In this document: positions 1-32,958 of the stretch, in pieces | Layout: every line of letters starts with the position of its first letter | Numbering within the stretch: position 1 is the stretch's first letter | Source of the DNA: Tubulanus polymorphus | Lineage: Eukaryota; Animalia; Nemertea | Reading direction: 5' to 3' | Length of the DNA stretch: 64,000 nucleotides | Assembly (NCBI RefSeq): GCF_964204645.1 | Contig: NC_134025.1 | Span: forward strand, 9,486,001-9,550,000 | The notes under the pieces: model-generated | The model's database searches: none | What the model saw: only the letters and a program-made list of their open reading frames with translations | What the model was told of the DNA's origin: nothing | Program-made: the position numbers and the translations under genes

Positions 1-264
1 TTGTTGTTGTTTCTTTTGGTTATCTGCTGTCAAATGCTAGGGGCCGTACTCTTATGACATCCGAAGTTTCAATCCGAAATTCCTGGTTGGCTCCACACGA
101 AATCCGAATCATACCACCGTGACAGAACGGAGGTTTCAGGTCACGTGATCAATAATAGAGTAGGATTGGAGGTTTCCCGATCTGATAAAAGAGTACTCCT
201 TAGAGGAATAGGCATCGAACATCTTTTTGTATTGATTTATAAACGTTTTCGTTTGTTTTTTCAG

Positions 265-19745
<19,481 letters not shown>

Positions 19746-22700
19746 ATTTTAAATCATTGTTACATATGTTAAAGGTGAGATTCGAGTGTACGAAGTGAAG
19801 CTGTTTTCATGGTTGTGATCTGAAGTATGTATTGACGATCCCTCTTACCCTGTGATAGAAAAGTTTCTGTGGATTGAAAATAAGTCATGCAAATGTCCAT
19901 GTTGTTGTTCAAGGATAACTAGATAACTACGCATAAGTTGCTCAATGATACTAATCGTGTTTGTTTACATGGGTTTTTTGGAATGAGATCCCTGCATGTT
20001 TCTTGGTGTAGCACAATACGTCCCTTAAAGCATACCGATATCTAAATGTACTCGTCGAAAAATATCGAACACATTCCAAACTTGTGTTTACACTCCTGAA
20101 TATCAGATTTCTTAATACAGAATTCGATGTTTGAAATACTTAACTCCATTGAGCTGAAAGAAATTTTACATGTGTCTTCATCCATGTTCATGTATACACA
20201 ATTCACATATTTAAGTGGATTGTTTTTCACAAACAAGAGAACAATTATATATATATATATGTATATATATAACCCCGACTTTTTTGTTGATACAATGTTG
20301 TTATTTCTATGGTTTCCAGGGTGCTATACATCAAGCCATATTTTAGAGACTATTTTTATAAGACGAGTTGAAGCGCTTGTTTATCTGTTTGTCGTCGAGT
20401 CTCAGCCAGATGTGTCTCAAGAGTCAACAACCCTACAAAGCTCTCCCTTCGTTGAACAAAAAACGACCTCGCATAATTTCTTTTATTTATGATTTCTCCT
20501 TCACACGTTCTTTTATTCGCTATATGAACACAGCTTTGAATTCGCATATGTCCGGCGGTGATAGATGAACATTTCAGAACTGTCCTGTTGTCTCTCGCTA
20601 TTTATTATCTATGATACATATAGAATTACCATTCAAATTGTTTAGCGAATTTAATACTGAACTACCTCACATTCTGAAATTCTGTCTATTTCCGCTTGCA
20701 ATTGCCTGTCGAGCTTCATCTTGTCACATTCTTGAAGACTTCAGTTCAAGACAATACCGGTAGTTGATAATTCGTTTGAAAAAATAGGAAGGAAAATCTA
20801 TATATATTTATATGTATGTTACAAACGGGACTGATAGCAGCCAAAACAATTACACTTGAAGTTTGATCTTAAGTAGGCATTCTAGTCATTCATGTATGCC
20901 CATCTATAGAGATCTGAAGATATACAATGTATATCGAATGGCTATAGATTTCAATCACAGTATATTCGGATATTCGGTGGTTTAACATTACTCAAAAGTT
21001 TATAATACTCTGTACTGCATTTAACGTAGTTAGTAATTATTTGTTGGTATTAAATGTCCTGATTTTAAGGTCACTCAATTATTTCTATTATTTATTATTA
21101 TTTATACATTATATGATTATTATCATGACGTTTTAGTTCTTTATTGTTGTTATTTTTGTTGATGTTTTATTTGATATAGTTGATGACCATCCATCACTAT
21201 TAAAGAAAAAACCAACTGGGAAAATATACGTATAAGCTTATAAATGAATATACATAGATAGATTTTTTCATCCTGTAGTCTGCCCCTATTGCAATTATAT
21301 GAACACAAATATATAGTTAAGATACATAGAAATTCATTTCATCATTTTAGAAATTTGATTTTGGCATTTATCTATGTCCAGTAATGTGTACCGTTCGAAA
21401 CATCTGGTATGTGGTGTCCACGTGATAACCAAACCACTATGATGATATACATATACATAAATATTTACACATTTATATATACATACAAATTATCCGACTT
21501 TTATACACTTTAATATACTCTTATATTTTTTGGTAAATTATTTTTAGCAAGCTAACAAATGACAGTTCGAAGTAGTAGTTCACGATTCGAGTACCATACT
21601 TAATTTAAGCGGGAAACGCGACAGATTACACACGACTTTATAACAATTGTATATTAGCTTAGCTTGACAAACTGAATATAGTCTTTTATTGAGATTTCTT
21701 TTTAAAATGGAAATGAACGAAGTATCAGTATTGATTGAGCCTGATATTCTGATTGTAGCTATTCATCACATATAAGTCACGTGTTTATTCGTTGCTAAAA
21801 TGATTAATCTTCTCTATGGTTTACGTCATAAACTCAGATTTCCGCCCTCTAATTTATATTAGTTGTTCTTATTGTTATCGTTTGTCTCCGGCGACTGGGA
21901 GTTTACTGAACATTCTCTTAAGGCTAGAAGAATTCTTCCGGCTGAAAAAAAGAAGACATTACTTGCACTACTCGCAGTTGTTTTAGTATAAAACCCGGTA
22001 TTATTGTGTTGTATGTAACCACTACCCGTTCACACCACTCTCACTATCCTTGTTGTTTTGCATGTTTAGCAGTAATATCGTAAACATGTAGTTGTTTTCT
22101 CTATTCTTTGAATATTCCCGATGATTATTCAAAGGATCTGTTGACTTCATTGATAACCGAACTCTGGCAGACATGCGTGATTTCAAATTTGGTTATTCAT
22201 TGGAATGTTACTACTTTTCCTCTCTTTTGATTGTCTGTCAGTGTTTGTATGTTTGTTTCATCCACATCAAGACATTCTCTGAAAGTCTCTCCATTTTGTC
22301 CCAGACCAGATCGAATACCTTTTTTTGGTTCTTCGATTCTTTCTATGCTTCAATTTTTCTTTTGAATTGATTTTTTCATTTTTTTTTATGGCTTACTTTA
22401 ATTGATGACCATTTCAGGCTTTTCATTCAATCTATCCATATTTCATATCACTACAATTTTTTTCAATTTTGAAATCTATTTTTTTATACTAATTTATTTT
22501 TACTAATACATCTTAATTATCCAAAGTGAAGCTATAATGCTCAAAATCATTTGTTCATCGATCAAAAACTATGTTTATCGTTTCAATCGATACGAAAGTC
22601 GGCGTTTATTATGTGTAAATCATTTTATACATGTTTCAGAGAATTGTCTTACGATGACAGTGTTTTCTTTCTTTCAGTTGCGTGTAAAAATCGACTGTGT

Positions 22701-25700
22701 TTACAAAATCTAATCAACCCTTTCCTTGCTTCTCTTGTAGCAAAAAATACAAAACACGTGTGGTGTGCCCATCGTAATCCCGGCGTGAACGTCTTGTCCA
22801 TTCTCCGTGTGCTGTAAGCTGCGTGGTGTCCAAATAATACAATCGACCTAGTTTTCACATCTTATTCTCGAAAAAATCTGTGCTTGCTACAGTTGATTGG
22901 CCAATGTTAGACATCTGTATGATTTCCTTCTGTAAATCAGGGTTGACAGCGCTATAAATTCACCCCTCCGCCTATTACTGTTTGGTGGAACTACAAATTT
23001 AGTCAAAGGGTTAATAGCCTTCGGATTAGAAACAATTTACATCATCGAAAAGTGATACTATCTCGAAATGCTTCGTTAAACGTCTAAAATACAAATTTAG
23101 ATACCAACTTTAAATGATATTTGCGCTGTCATCCCAGGCGACATGTATATGTAAGCTAATTATTATAAATCTGTAATTGTTACTCTTCTCATCATTTCTT
23201 CTGAGTACTTTTTGTGTCAAATTGTATTTAATCATACATGAGCAGATGTACTTGCAAGCCATGACACATACGTACACACTTATTCACTCACATATGCGGT
23301 GGTAATACACACCTATGTTGGTTGTTCTATTGAATAAATTTTTTTGAGAAAAAAACAAATGACGTGATTTTTGTACTGCACACCCTGTTTTAGATATTTA
23401 TAATTCGTTGTTCCATGTGTCCTATCACTGGTGGTAAATCTGACAATCAAAACAATCATTCGCTTTAATTATGATCCACGTCAAATGTGGGGGGCAATTA
23501 GATGGTTAGATAATTGAGTGTAAATGTCCGATTAAGATTTCGCTAATTGATCGATTTTTTTAAGATAATCAGTGTCCATTATGTTTTATGAATCTTTTAA
23601 TCTAATTCAGAAGACTAACTTCATTCACATACACACAACCATTATATGTGTTGTCGGAAAAAAAGACATTCGTTTTTATAAATAGTGTATGACAAATTTG
23701 TACTCAGTATTGATGCATATTGATAATGATCATCATCATAATGATAATGATAATGTTATCTTGATATATAGATCTGGCTCAAAAAGTGTCCGTTCTTATC
23801 CACATATGGAAAGTTCATTTGGTCGTATGAAAAGGGTCACACGGGATGGCTTTCTTTTAACATGGGATATACAATTTATCACGATGATTATAAAAGTTAT
23901 GTATGTATGTATGTATGTATGTATATTTGTATTGTACCGATGTATGCACTGTGTAGCTTTTAGAGGCTTGGCTTTTACGTAAACCATAGTTCATATTGAT
24001 TGATTCATTAATTAAGATTAAATGTTGCACCTATTACCTGAAAATGCGTTGTGTTCATGATGTACAATTGATATAACGCTTTGAACAGTTTACGAACATA
24101 ACACTTGGAACCCACTCCGGGCACATTTTTGATTTGGACCGTCTACAGTGTTGTTTCACAGGATGTATTATTTTTTCTATATATTATATCTATATATGTA
24201 TTGATATATTAAAATATGATTCAGTGGATTTGTCTTATAGATATAACTTCATTCTTGCTTCATCAATCATGTTTTTAGTGTCTGTTAGAATTGCACCCGA
24301 CTCCGGCCAATGTTGATAGCTGTGGTGGTATTAACAACAACACATTTGACTACTACTACTTGGTTCTTCTTCATTCACCTTGTTTACGTACTTAATTACA
24401 ATTTGGAAAGTTCTATTAAGGCTGAAAGTGTTATAAAACCGCTGCCATCTGAAGTGATAGTATTAATGATCTCATTATTACTTAAACCTAGTCGCTGAAT
24501 CTGCAATATATTTCTAAGAAAAAATCAAAAATTATTTTAGTATTGTTCATGTCTTGCGTGTTGAGTTTTATGAAAGTTACTGACAATTTTGCATAATACA
24601 TTTCAATAGGGCTCTTCTATTTTCATTGAAGTTAGTACACCAGGAGCCAGCTGCTCCGAAGTTGGTTAAAGATAACCAGTGGACAAATACCATACTAACG
24701 ATGAACTTTCAATTGTCACTATGTTAACTATCCACTGGTTAACTAACCAAATTTTGAACAACTAGCCCCAGTAAAGAATGCAATGAACTTGAATGACTAT
24801 CGAATTGATAAACTTGAATGAGATTGAATAGATCAGTTCAACTTTATTGGCCGATGTTTGAGTGCGTTCTAACAGCCCTTAAAAAATTTAATTTGTCAAA
24901 AATGTGTACTTATATATTTTACAACGTTCACCTTGTAAAATATACGCTTACTGTTTTTAAAACAAAATGACAGCCATAGAAGAAGCTTTCGCAAGGTGAT
25001 CTTGCTGGAAAAAAAAAGAATTTGTTAACGAACGGGATTTATGTAGATGGCGCTGTTGTTGTTGTTTCTATAAATAATTATTGACTCGTTGACACATTTT
25101 CGCTTATTAAAATCATGCGTTAATTACTCGTTGACTATTATATTATGATTATTGATATTGATAATAAGGTAATCGATTTGTGGCTTAGTTTTTGTTATCA
25201 GCGCCATCCTGACCAGTTCTCCCCGATTGCGTTGGAGTGTGATAGAAGTGATATGATAAGTGAACGACCTTTAAGGATTTTAAGTTTCAGTCAGTCGTTT
25301 AGAGAACAAGTACGTGTAATGATGAATAATGGAGTACGGTTGACTCTGTGTCAGTTCGACCTGTCTGTTTTTTCAAGCGAAAAAGTGTCTTCAATTTAGA
25401 GATGTAGTCGAACTTGTTCGTCTTCTTGTCTGCCGCGCTAACGTTTTATGATGAATCAAACTCTTTAAAGGCTGTGATAATTTTTTCGAAATGGTGCAAA
25501 ACAAAACATCGTTCTGTTACTAGTTTGTTATGTGTGTATTTGTGAAAAAAATATTAGAAAACCACTAGATATGGATAGGTAATGAAGGGACCTCAAACTG
25601 TGGCTGATCAGCCCCTGTGATAATCATAGGCCGTGACTGTCTACCTGTATTTCATTGAATATATCAAAATATATATTTGGGTGATGTTGATTATTATGTC

Positions 25701-27300
25701 TTCAATAAAGCCAAAAATCATAGTATTTTGGTCTAATTATACCTCAGCTGGTTGGCTACGCAGTACGAAAGGTGTGGTTAAAGCATTATATGCATTGTGT
25801 GATGGTGGTCAGAATCGAGCTCAATGCATCGTTGCAAATGAAATATCTGAAAAATTATTATGGAAAAACGAATTCCTGATTTCGTTGGCCACCTCGGAAA
25901 GCTTCTTTTATGGTTGCGTATACTGATTTAAACTGATTTACCATGTTTGTATGTGTGTGTATTATTATTGTGTCGATAATCGTGTCTTTTGAGCTTTAAG
26001 TGTTTTTTAAAAAATGAGCCAGGATCAGCGGTGTTTCGAATGCGGCATATCAAGATAAACAACGTAAAAGGGTAGCTACAACGTTTTTCCCTCAGTGGCT
26101 GTTAATGATTATTTGTTGTTGTAAATTAAACGATCATTGTACGAAATATTTTTCTTGCTCCTCGTGTCTGTCGCGTGAGACGGGACAGATGATATGTGCG
26201 TCGTCGTGGTGATGCTCGATTGTTGTAGCATCGTAACCGTGTTTATTTTTTCTTTTAAAAAAAAGAGGTCATTGTAAGAAGACTTCGATTTCTAGTCACG
26301 AAATAATACGTACCATGAATCATGGTGACAGTGGATATTTGTTATAGATATTTTGATGATGACAAGAAAATATTGTTCGCCTGTTTGCAGAATGGCCTGT
26401 TGATTTCTCTGCATAGTTCAGACATAAATATATTTATGTTTATGTATGTTTGAATTGTCAAATGCAAGGATTGCCGATTAGACTTGTTATTTGAACCGGA
26501 GGCCTTGCACAGAAGTTTCTCCGTACTTCAGATCAATTATGACAACGTATATTTTTTATGAAAAACATTTTATCCTCACTCACGTCTGTACAGGGCCTCT
26601 GAATTTTTTGAAGCGAACCGGTCCCGAGTGAGGGATTTTTTAAATTATTTATTTCATGATTCGAGCGTAATTGTTATTTTAGAAAATGGCTTTGAAAACT
26701 ACATACAACTACGTACCTGTATTTTACAGATTTCAATAACTATCCAGTACTTAGATTCTTTAGAACGCGCTTTCAGTTACAAAGCGATCAGGTCGAAGTT
26801 AGATTGTTATTAGTCAAATTCCAATTTTCAGTGCGCTTTGTGGAAAAGTACATATACTTTATTTTACAGCTTTTGCCACTTCTTACGAGATACATTGTAA
26901 ACACGTAGTTAAGCTGTTATTGAAAAAAAAATTGTCTCTTCATCGACATCTTTTAATGGGAGATAATCAAAATGTATATTTGTGAAGCATAATCAAAATA
27001 TGATGATTCTGATGCCTTGCATTTATTCATAATGTATTTGCAAATTTGATGGTCAGCGTTTTAAAGTCTTTTATAAAAAACTTTTTTAATTTTCAATCTT
27101 GCTCTATTATGATATTCTTGGTGAAAGTTCTCATCTATCTTGTTGATAAACAATGTTTAGTTGTTCATTGTAGTGACAAGCTGTATATTTTTTGTTTTGG
27201 TTGGTAGTGTGGATATTATCGTTTCTCAAACAAAAAAACAGGAGTTGCAATGTAAAATCTAGTTGAAGTGCATTTAATAAACGGAATTAACCTATTCACA
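19746..27300 (+). other. Long CELF 3'UTR with a probable UTR intron (19775-20319)
   Basis: No coding ORF; U/UG-rich. Donor AAG|gtgaga 29 nt after the stop, acceptor ttccag ending 20319. AATAAA at 27276-27281 followed by a GU-rich tract at ~27302-27335. Other AATAAA sites (e.g. ~23333, ~25704) could give shorter isoforms. Confidence 0.6.
24644..24768. mobile_element. MITE family B (PIF/Harbinger-like) within the CELF 3'UTR
   Basis: Imperfect TIRs flanked CAG/CAG. Internal AATTGTCACTATGT shared with the copy at 58832-58950. Confidence 0.7.
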
Positions 27301-28261
27301 ATGTGTTAGTTTTTGTGTTTGTTCAATGTTTGTTCATATTTCAAGAATTGACTCTTGGAAAGAGGATAGTATATTCTTGCTCCCTGTTGTGAGAACCCTT
27401 TGTGGAAAACCAGGACTTCCCAAGCGACGTCGCCAAACATGCCCAAAAGATGAAGAATGCACAACCCCAAACCCAAACCGAAAGAAGCAAGTAAATTACT
27501 GCCTATCGAAATAACAAATTTTGATGCTATTACTGACGGGAGAGACAATATTATATAGACATGGCACTGACCAGGGACACTATGAATAGATATATGTTTC
27601 TTGTCATGGTCTGACCGGGGACGCAACAAATAGAAGAAATAGGTGTGGTACTGCGCGAGGACGGTACTGAACGAAGAGGAGGGAGTAAATCTTTATGAAT
27701 CTCATAAGTTAGGCTCCCACTAGAAAACAATTTTTTTTTTTAAACAGTTTGGTTTTCTCGCGCGAGAAAACAAAAAATTGGATGTAAAGATATTTCTATC
27801 GTTCGTCTATCCGTAAAAACCAACAAATTGTATTCTCTACAAAACCTTGCAAAAATACTAACATCGAATTATGATTTCAATTGGTGTATGAATTCTTACC
27901 ACTCATGTACGCGAAACGATTGACTTACACCAAAGATGTTCGTTTACTAAATATTATGAAAATTTCATTTTCCTGGGATTCAGTTCACCTTAAAAAGGCA
28001 TCTTCATCCGTGACATTTCACTTTGGGGTCAGATAAATGATGGACGTATAAACTAGACGTCTATGATGTAGGCACGGGTACCACATTCGTGTCTAGCGAC
28101 TGGCAGTAGTGAATATTACGCCATCTTTCATTTAGGTATCGTATATTTCACAGTAAAACATCCAGCAGTTCCCTATTGATGAAGTCAGTACATAAATTAT
28201 TTCCAGACAACAACAGACAGACTGACATATACAGACAGACATTAACAAACGTTACGTAAAT

Positions 28262-31200
28262 ATGGTGGCGAAGAGGAAGTTACTCGCTGCACTGCTGATG
28301 GTAATTTCATTGGGCGCCGGTAAGTTCTTGGACGTATAGTTTACACGACCCTGGTTCGATCATGAAATAGATTGTGTACATGGTACGACAGAAGGCACTG
28401 CTCTTAGTTGTCTTCTTGCCGGTGGTAGGGGAGTTTGAAAAGGGCGTTGTCCCAGCCGAGGCACAACGCACGTTTACGCACAATCCATCCAGGCCCAGAT
28501 GCTGGGCTTAAGAAAATTTGACAATTGATTTTTTTAGTACTTTATTAGTTCCAGCTGACTTGGTTTCCAACCACACTATAATTTTTGCATATATAGGCTA
28601 CTTGATGCTAAATGAGATCTTCTCCATCTCAACATACACATATTTTTGTTAACTCATAAGGGATCATTCATTTATTATCATTCATTTATTACGTACGCAT
28701 GAATTTAAATTTTTTCAATAAATGAATGATCCCTGAAGAAAGTACAAAATAACTTACATTATCTGGAAAGATATAATATATAGTATGTATATAGATGGAC
28801 ATCAAAACTACGATAAAATCCTGGGTCCAGTTTTAAAGACTGATATTACCTTTAACCCGGGGGCTAACTCAATTCATTTTCAATTGAGTTAATCTTCGGG
28901 TTAAAGGTAATACCAGTCTATGAATCCAGCCCCTAGTCGCATTTTAGACGTTGCAAGGCCGGTGGAACCAAGTTGACACTGGTCCGGCTCATATCCGACA
29001 GAGTGGGCGTTATTCGCGGGAAAAATTCGCGCCTCGGAGAAACTTTTTTAAACGGTTTGATTTCGAAGGCTCGCAGGGGCTATTTCAGACGATAGTTTTC
29101 CGGTGTCGATTGAGTCAATGAATGTCACGGATCATAATGTTTTATACTGGGAGATGCGTTTTTTTGCTAGAATTAGTGCTGAATCGACCAAGACGAATTT
29201 AATAACGGCAGATGCGAAAAAAAAACGAGTCGAATAATTTGCCGAATAAGTAACAAGTAACGCTTCCTTTCTCCTGATTTGACGTTGATATTCGAATAAG
29301 TATCAGGCCTCCTAATCGGTGATGAAAGGCCATCTGTTGTTTTAGACGTTTCCAATGCTAGGGGCGGGATGTAGTTTTGCTAAAATTACAGTGATGAATC
29401 GATTTAGGGGGATCTAAAACGAAAAAAAAGTAGCCGAATAAGAAGCGGAATAGGTAACCAAATTCACATTTGAATAATTAACCGAATAAGGAACAAGAAA
29501 CAAGTACCGTAGCCGCAAGTGTGGTGAATGGATAGTTGAGTTAATCCCATTACAATACAAATTCAAAACTTAAAAAAGTTAAACAAGAGTTTAAAAGTGA
29601 GAATCATAAATAAAGACACGAAGTTCCCGACTCTCTTTATGGACTGTTGCTCGAGGTTCTGGTTTTCAAACGCTTCAACAATTTTGCGTATTTACTTTAG
29701 TTAAGTTAAGTTAAGTTAAGTTTATTGCTCCACAATTAACTCATTGCACAGAGCTAAACATACTATACAATATATTTATAGAAAAGAAAATTAAAACAAA
29801 AGAAAAAAAAATTAGAAAAATTACAATAGTCACGTATATACACATAATAACAACACGGTGAACATGACAGATATTAATAGAATAATTGCAAACCTTTTTT
29901 TATATATATCGCCAAATTGAGAAGGAGTGATCCAGATAAGTTGAACAGATTTTGGAGTTGGCTTTGGTGTGGGGAGCGCCAGAAATATCTAGGGATGAAT
30001 TTAGTTCTTAAATTTTGTGAAAATGGACACACTAAAAGAAAATGAAATTCGTCACCAACCACACCCATATTACACTTAGTGCATATTCTTTCATTCCGCT
30101 CAATATGGAGTCCGTGGTGTAACCAATAATTATCTTTTGATAGCAGTGGTGATTGCGAAAAGGGATGGAACAAGGAGGTCTACATCGAGCAGTACAAGCC
30201 GAAGGAATGAGAAAAGTAGAAAAACAAGATATTCGAAACCAAAAGTGGTTCGCTCGGGGATCAGATCCAGAATTAGATCGCCGGATAGATTTCGTATCAT
30301 AGTCGTCAGTGGAAGTATCTACGGATCACATTATTACACGAACAGACGGAACTACTACAGAAATCAGGAGGCAGGTTCGTATCGGCTTCATAACGTGAAA
30401 ATGATTATTCGTAAAACTCGTTTCAGAAGGTAGATTTTCTACGAATTATCCCAGTAATGAAAAACATCCTCGTCGATCAGCACAATGCAGTGTAATAATG
30501 GGTAATCAACGGGTCAGACCAAGCCAACAACGTTCCGTGGATAGTGATCCTTGTTTTTGGGTTCCGTGACTTTCCAGGTCGAATTGACTACTTTTTCTGA
30601 ATTAACGTTTAACCCGATTACACTCTGAGTCTGGTACTAATTTCCGTAATTATTTAAAATTTTAAGGACGAGTTTCCAACATACACCACTAACGCTTGCC
30701 GGTGTCGTTACTAAGATCGATCCACGCGGCAACAAACGTTTGGATTCAGAAATAACAACATACATTAGTAACTAACAACATTTGATATCCATTTACGGTG
30801 TGTACCAACTTCGAGCAATTATCTGTTCAGATAATTGCTCGTAGGCCCCAACGGGCTGCTGTAGCAGGCAGAGTACCGAAATGAAGATGCAGATTTTACC
30901 ATTTCGTATGTGGTGTTTGAATCCGCACGGAATTCTTAATCGTTGCTGTCGTTGGCGCCCGCAAGTTAAATCTCAATAATTACCGAAGCATCAATAGAGG
31001 CTGGGCTTGATGTTAGGTAAAACCGTACTACCCTATTTAAGTCGTATGAAACATTAAAAGCTTTCATTTCATGATTAGGTACGTTTGATATCGAATTAAA
31101 CATGAAGGGCTTTAATTGCATACGTACGAAACCCAGGGAATGGCTGTATATCAGTTGCTGCTGGATGAATCGATTCAAGAAGATGGAGATATGTTGAATT

Positions 31201-32958
31201 ACAATCGAGGATTATTAGGAATTTTCAGATAAAACTTCAGTTTTAACCTTGGCTCTTGCCTATCGCTGTCCCCGTGCTATCTCTCACAAAAAAAAATCAA
31301 ACAAATTTTCATTCGCCACGGATACGGATTATAACTTGTATATAGATTATGATTACATGTAATCCCATTTTACGTCCGAGAAATGCTCGGTGACGTGTTG
31401 TCATGAACTTAATGATGCAACCTTTTTAGCGATGATCGAATGTTTACAACGTTTACACATCTATATGATTTTAGAGCCAACAATATGTACAAACTTCCAA
31501 GTTGTTGGGAATTTAACGCAGTTCCCATTGGGAAGATTCATATGTCCAACATTTGGCAATATGAGCGATGATCACTCGTACTGCTGTGGCAACCCTGGAG
31601 AACAACGGTGCTGTACATTTTGGGATGAGTAAGTACCTGTACTTACGACGTTCGATCCTGGACTCTAGATACGATAATATGCTTACGCAATAAGCTTAAT
31701 CATCATCAGCACATTCCAGACATAGATGAACTAAATTTTGATCGAAATAACTGGACTACTGTACAATTTAGTTGCCAATATTTTGAGGTCACTGATAACT
31801 TCCCCTAACAATCCAACAACGCATCACTCAATAATTTTTACGACACTGTGTCGGAATGCTGCTCCCCGTGGAACGTATTTGTTACTCATGGTGTTATTGG
31901 AGATCGTCAAGCTCTTGGAATCTCATGAGTTTCTCTAGCTGATGTTGTTTGTTTTCTTATTTTACAGTACGAGTCGGGTTGCCGGATCGATAATAGGATC
32001 TATCATTTTCTTTGGTATTATCGGGCTTATCATATGGTGCTGTTGCAGGCGGTTCAGAAAGAAAGATCCACCGAAGAAATCGGCTAAAGTTCGTAAGGAA
32101 ATTATCATAAATTACGTTGTATTTTTTGAAACGATCTTCTGACCGGTATTCACCCGGGTTACATGATCGTCGGGTAGTTAAAACATTCCCGAGGATAACG
32201 CTGTCAAAAAATTAATATTCTGTTATCTATTGCTCAAATTATGATAATACATGTACATTAACTATTCACTTGCAGGTTATGAATCTGGTTCATCAGACGA
32301 GCATTCAGGTAAAGAATCTGACTATACTGTTCATTTTTTCCAACAATACTGTTCATTTTTTTCCGGTGACAATAATGTCATGCAAAAGGATTTTTAGCAT
32401 GAGCATTTATCATTTTTAGATACTCCAAATCCTGCAAAATTGGCCAATGAAGGGAATATGGCACCGTACCCAGGACAAGCGCCATCAATGGGTGCTCCAT
32501 ATCCTGGGCAGCCACCAGTGATGGGTGCTCCATATCCTGGACAGCCACCAGCAACGGGTGCTCCATATCCTGGGCAACCGCCAGCAACGGGTGCTCCATA
32601 TCCTGGGCAGCCACCAGTGATGGGTGCTCCATATCCTGGACAGCCACCAGCAATGGGTGCTCCATATCCTGGGCAGCCACCAGCACCGGGTGCTCCATAT
32701 CCTGGGCAGCCACCTGCCATGGGTGCTCCATATCCCGGGCAACCGCCAGCCATGGGTGCTCCATATCCTGGGCAACAACAAGCCCCATATCCTGGACAAC
32801 AACCGCCTATGGGTGCCCCATATCCAGGATTTGCACCAGATTCTGGACAAACGTCGTATCAAACGCCATGTAAGTCAGGGGAATGAAAATATGTTTTGTT
32901 CAATGAAATACACTTCAAAGGATACCCTGTGATGTGTACGTTCTCTCTTTCAGCGTAA
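28262..32958 (+). CDS. Shisa-like single-pass membrane protein: signal peptide, basic R/S region, Cys-rich domain, TM helix, Pro/Tyr repeat tail
   Basis: Exons 28262-28319 (MVAKRKLLAALLMVISLGA), 30144-30374, 31475-31628 (ICTN...FICP...YCCG...RCC), 31968-32092 (TM then WCCCRRFRKK), 32276-32308, 32420-32869, 32954-32958 (stop). All phases are compatible; AATAAA at ~33355. The FxCP...YCCG...CC-TM-CCC-Pro-rich layout is typical of Shisa/WBP1/VOPP1-like proteins. Confidence 0.8.
28659..28734. mobile_element. Short inverted-repeat MITE remnant
   Basis: AGGGATCATTCATTTATT ... AATAAATGAATGATCCCT, perfect 18-bp arms. Confidence 0.55.
28824..28932. mobile_element. Palindromic MITE, family A, second copy
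   Basis: GACTGATATTACCTTTAACCCG ... CGGGTTAAAGGTAATACCAGTC, the same arms as 10583-10666 with a longer centre. Confidence 0.75.
29699..30120 (-). mobile_element. 5'-truncated non-LTR retrotransposon (LINE): ORF2 C-terminus plus 3' tail
   Basis: Minus ORF reads RICTKCNMGVVGDEFHFLLVCP, the CCHC zinc knuckle typical of LINE ORF2 ends, with a stop at 29874. It is followed by AATAAA and a (CTTAA)n tail at 29699-29726. Clade (e.g. RTEX/L2 group) not determinable by eye. Confidence 0.8.
32458..32830 (+). repeat. Coding 30-bp minisatellite, about 10-12 copies of xGAPYPGQPP
   Basis: Unit (ATG)GGTGCTCCATATCCTGGRCAGCCACCAG repeated in tandem. Confidence 0.95.

Noticed and set aside
32378-32932. Antisense and alternative-frame repeat ORFs; 30-bp periodicity resembling a CRISPR array
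   Set aside because: These are shadows of the coding GAPYPGQPP minisatellite. There are no unique spacers and the context is eukaryotic.
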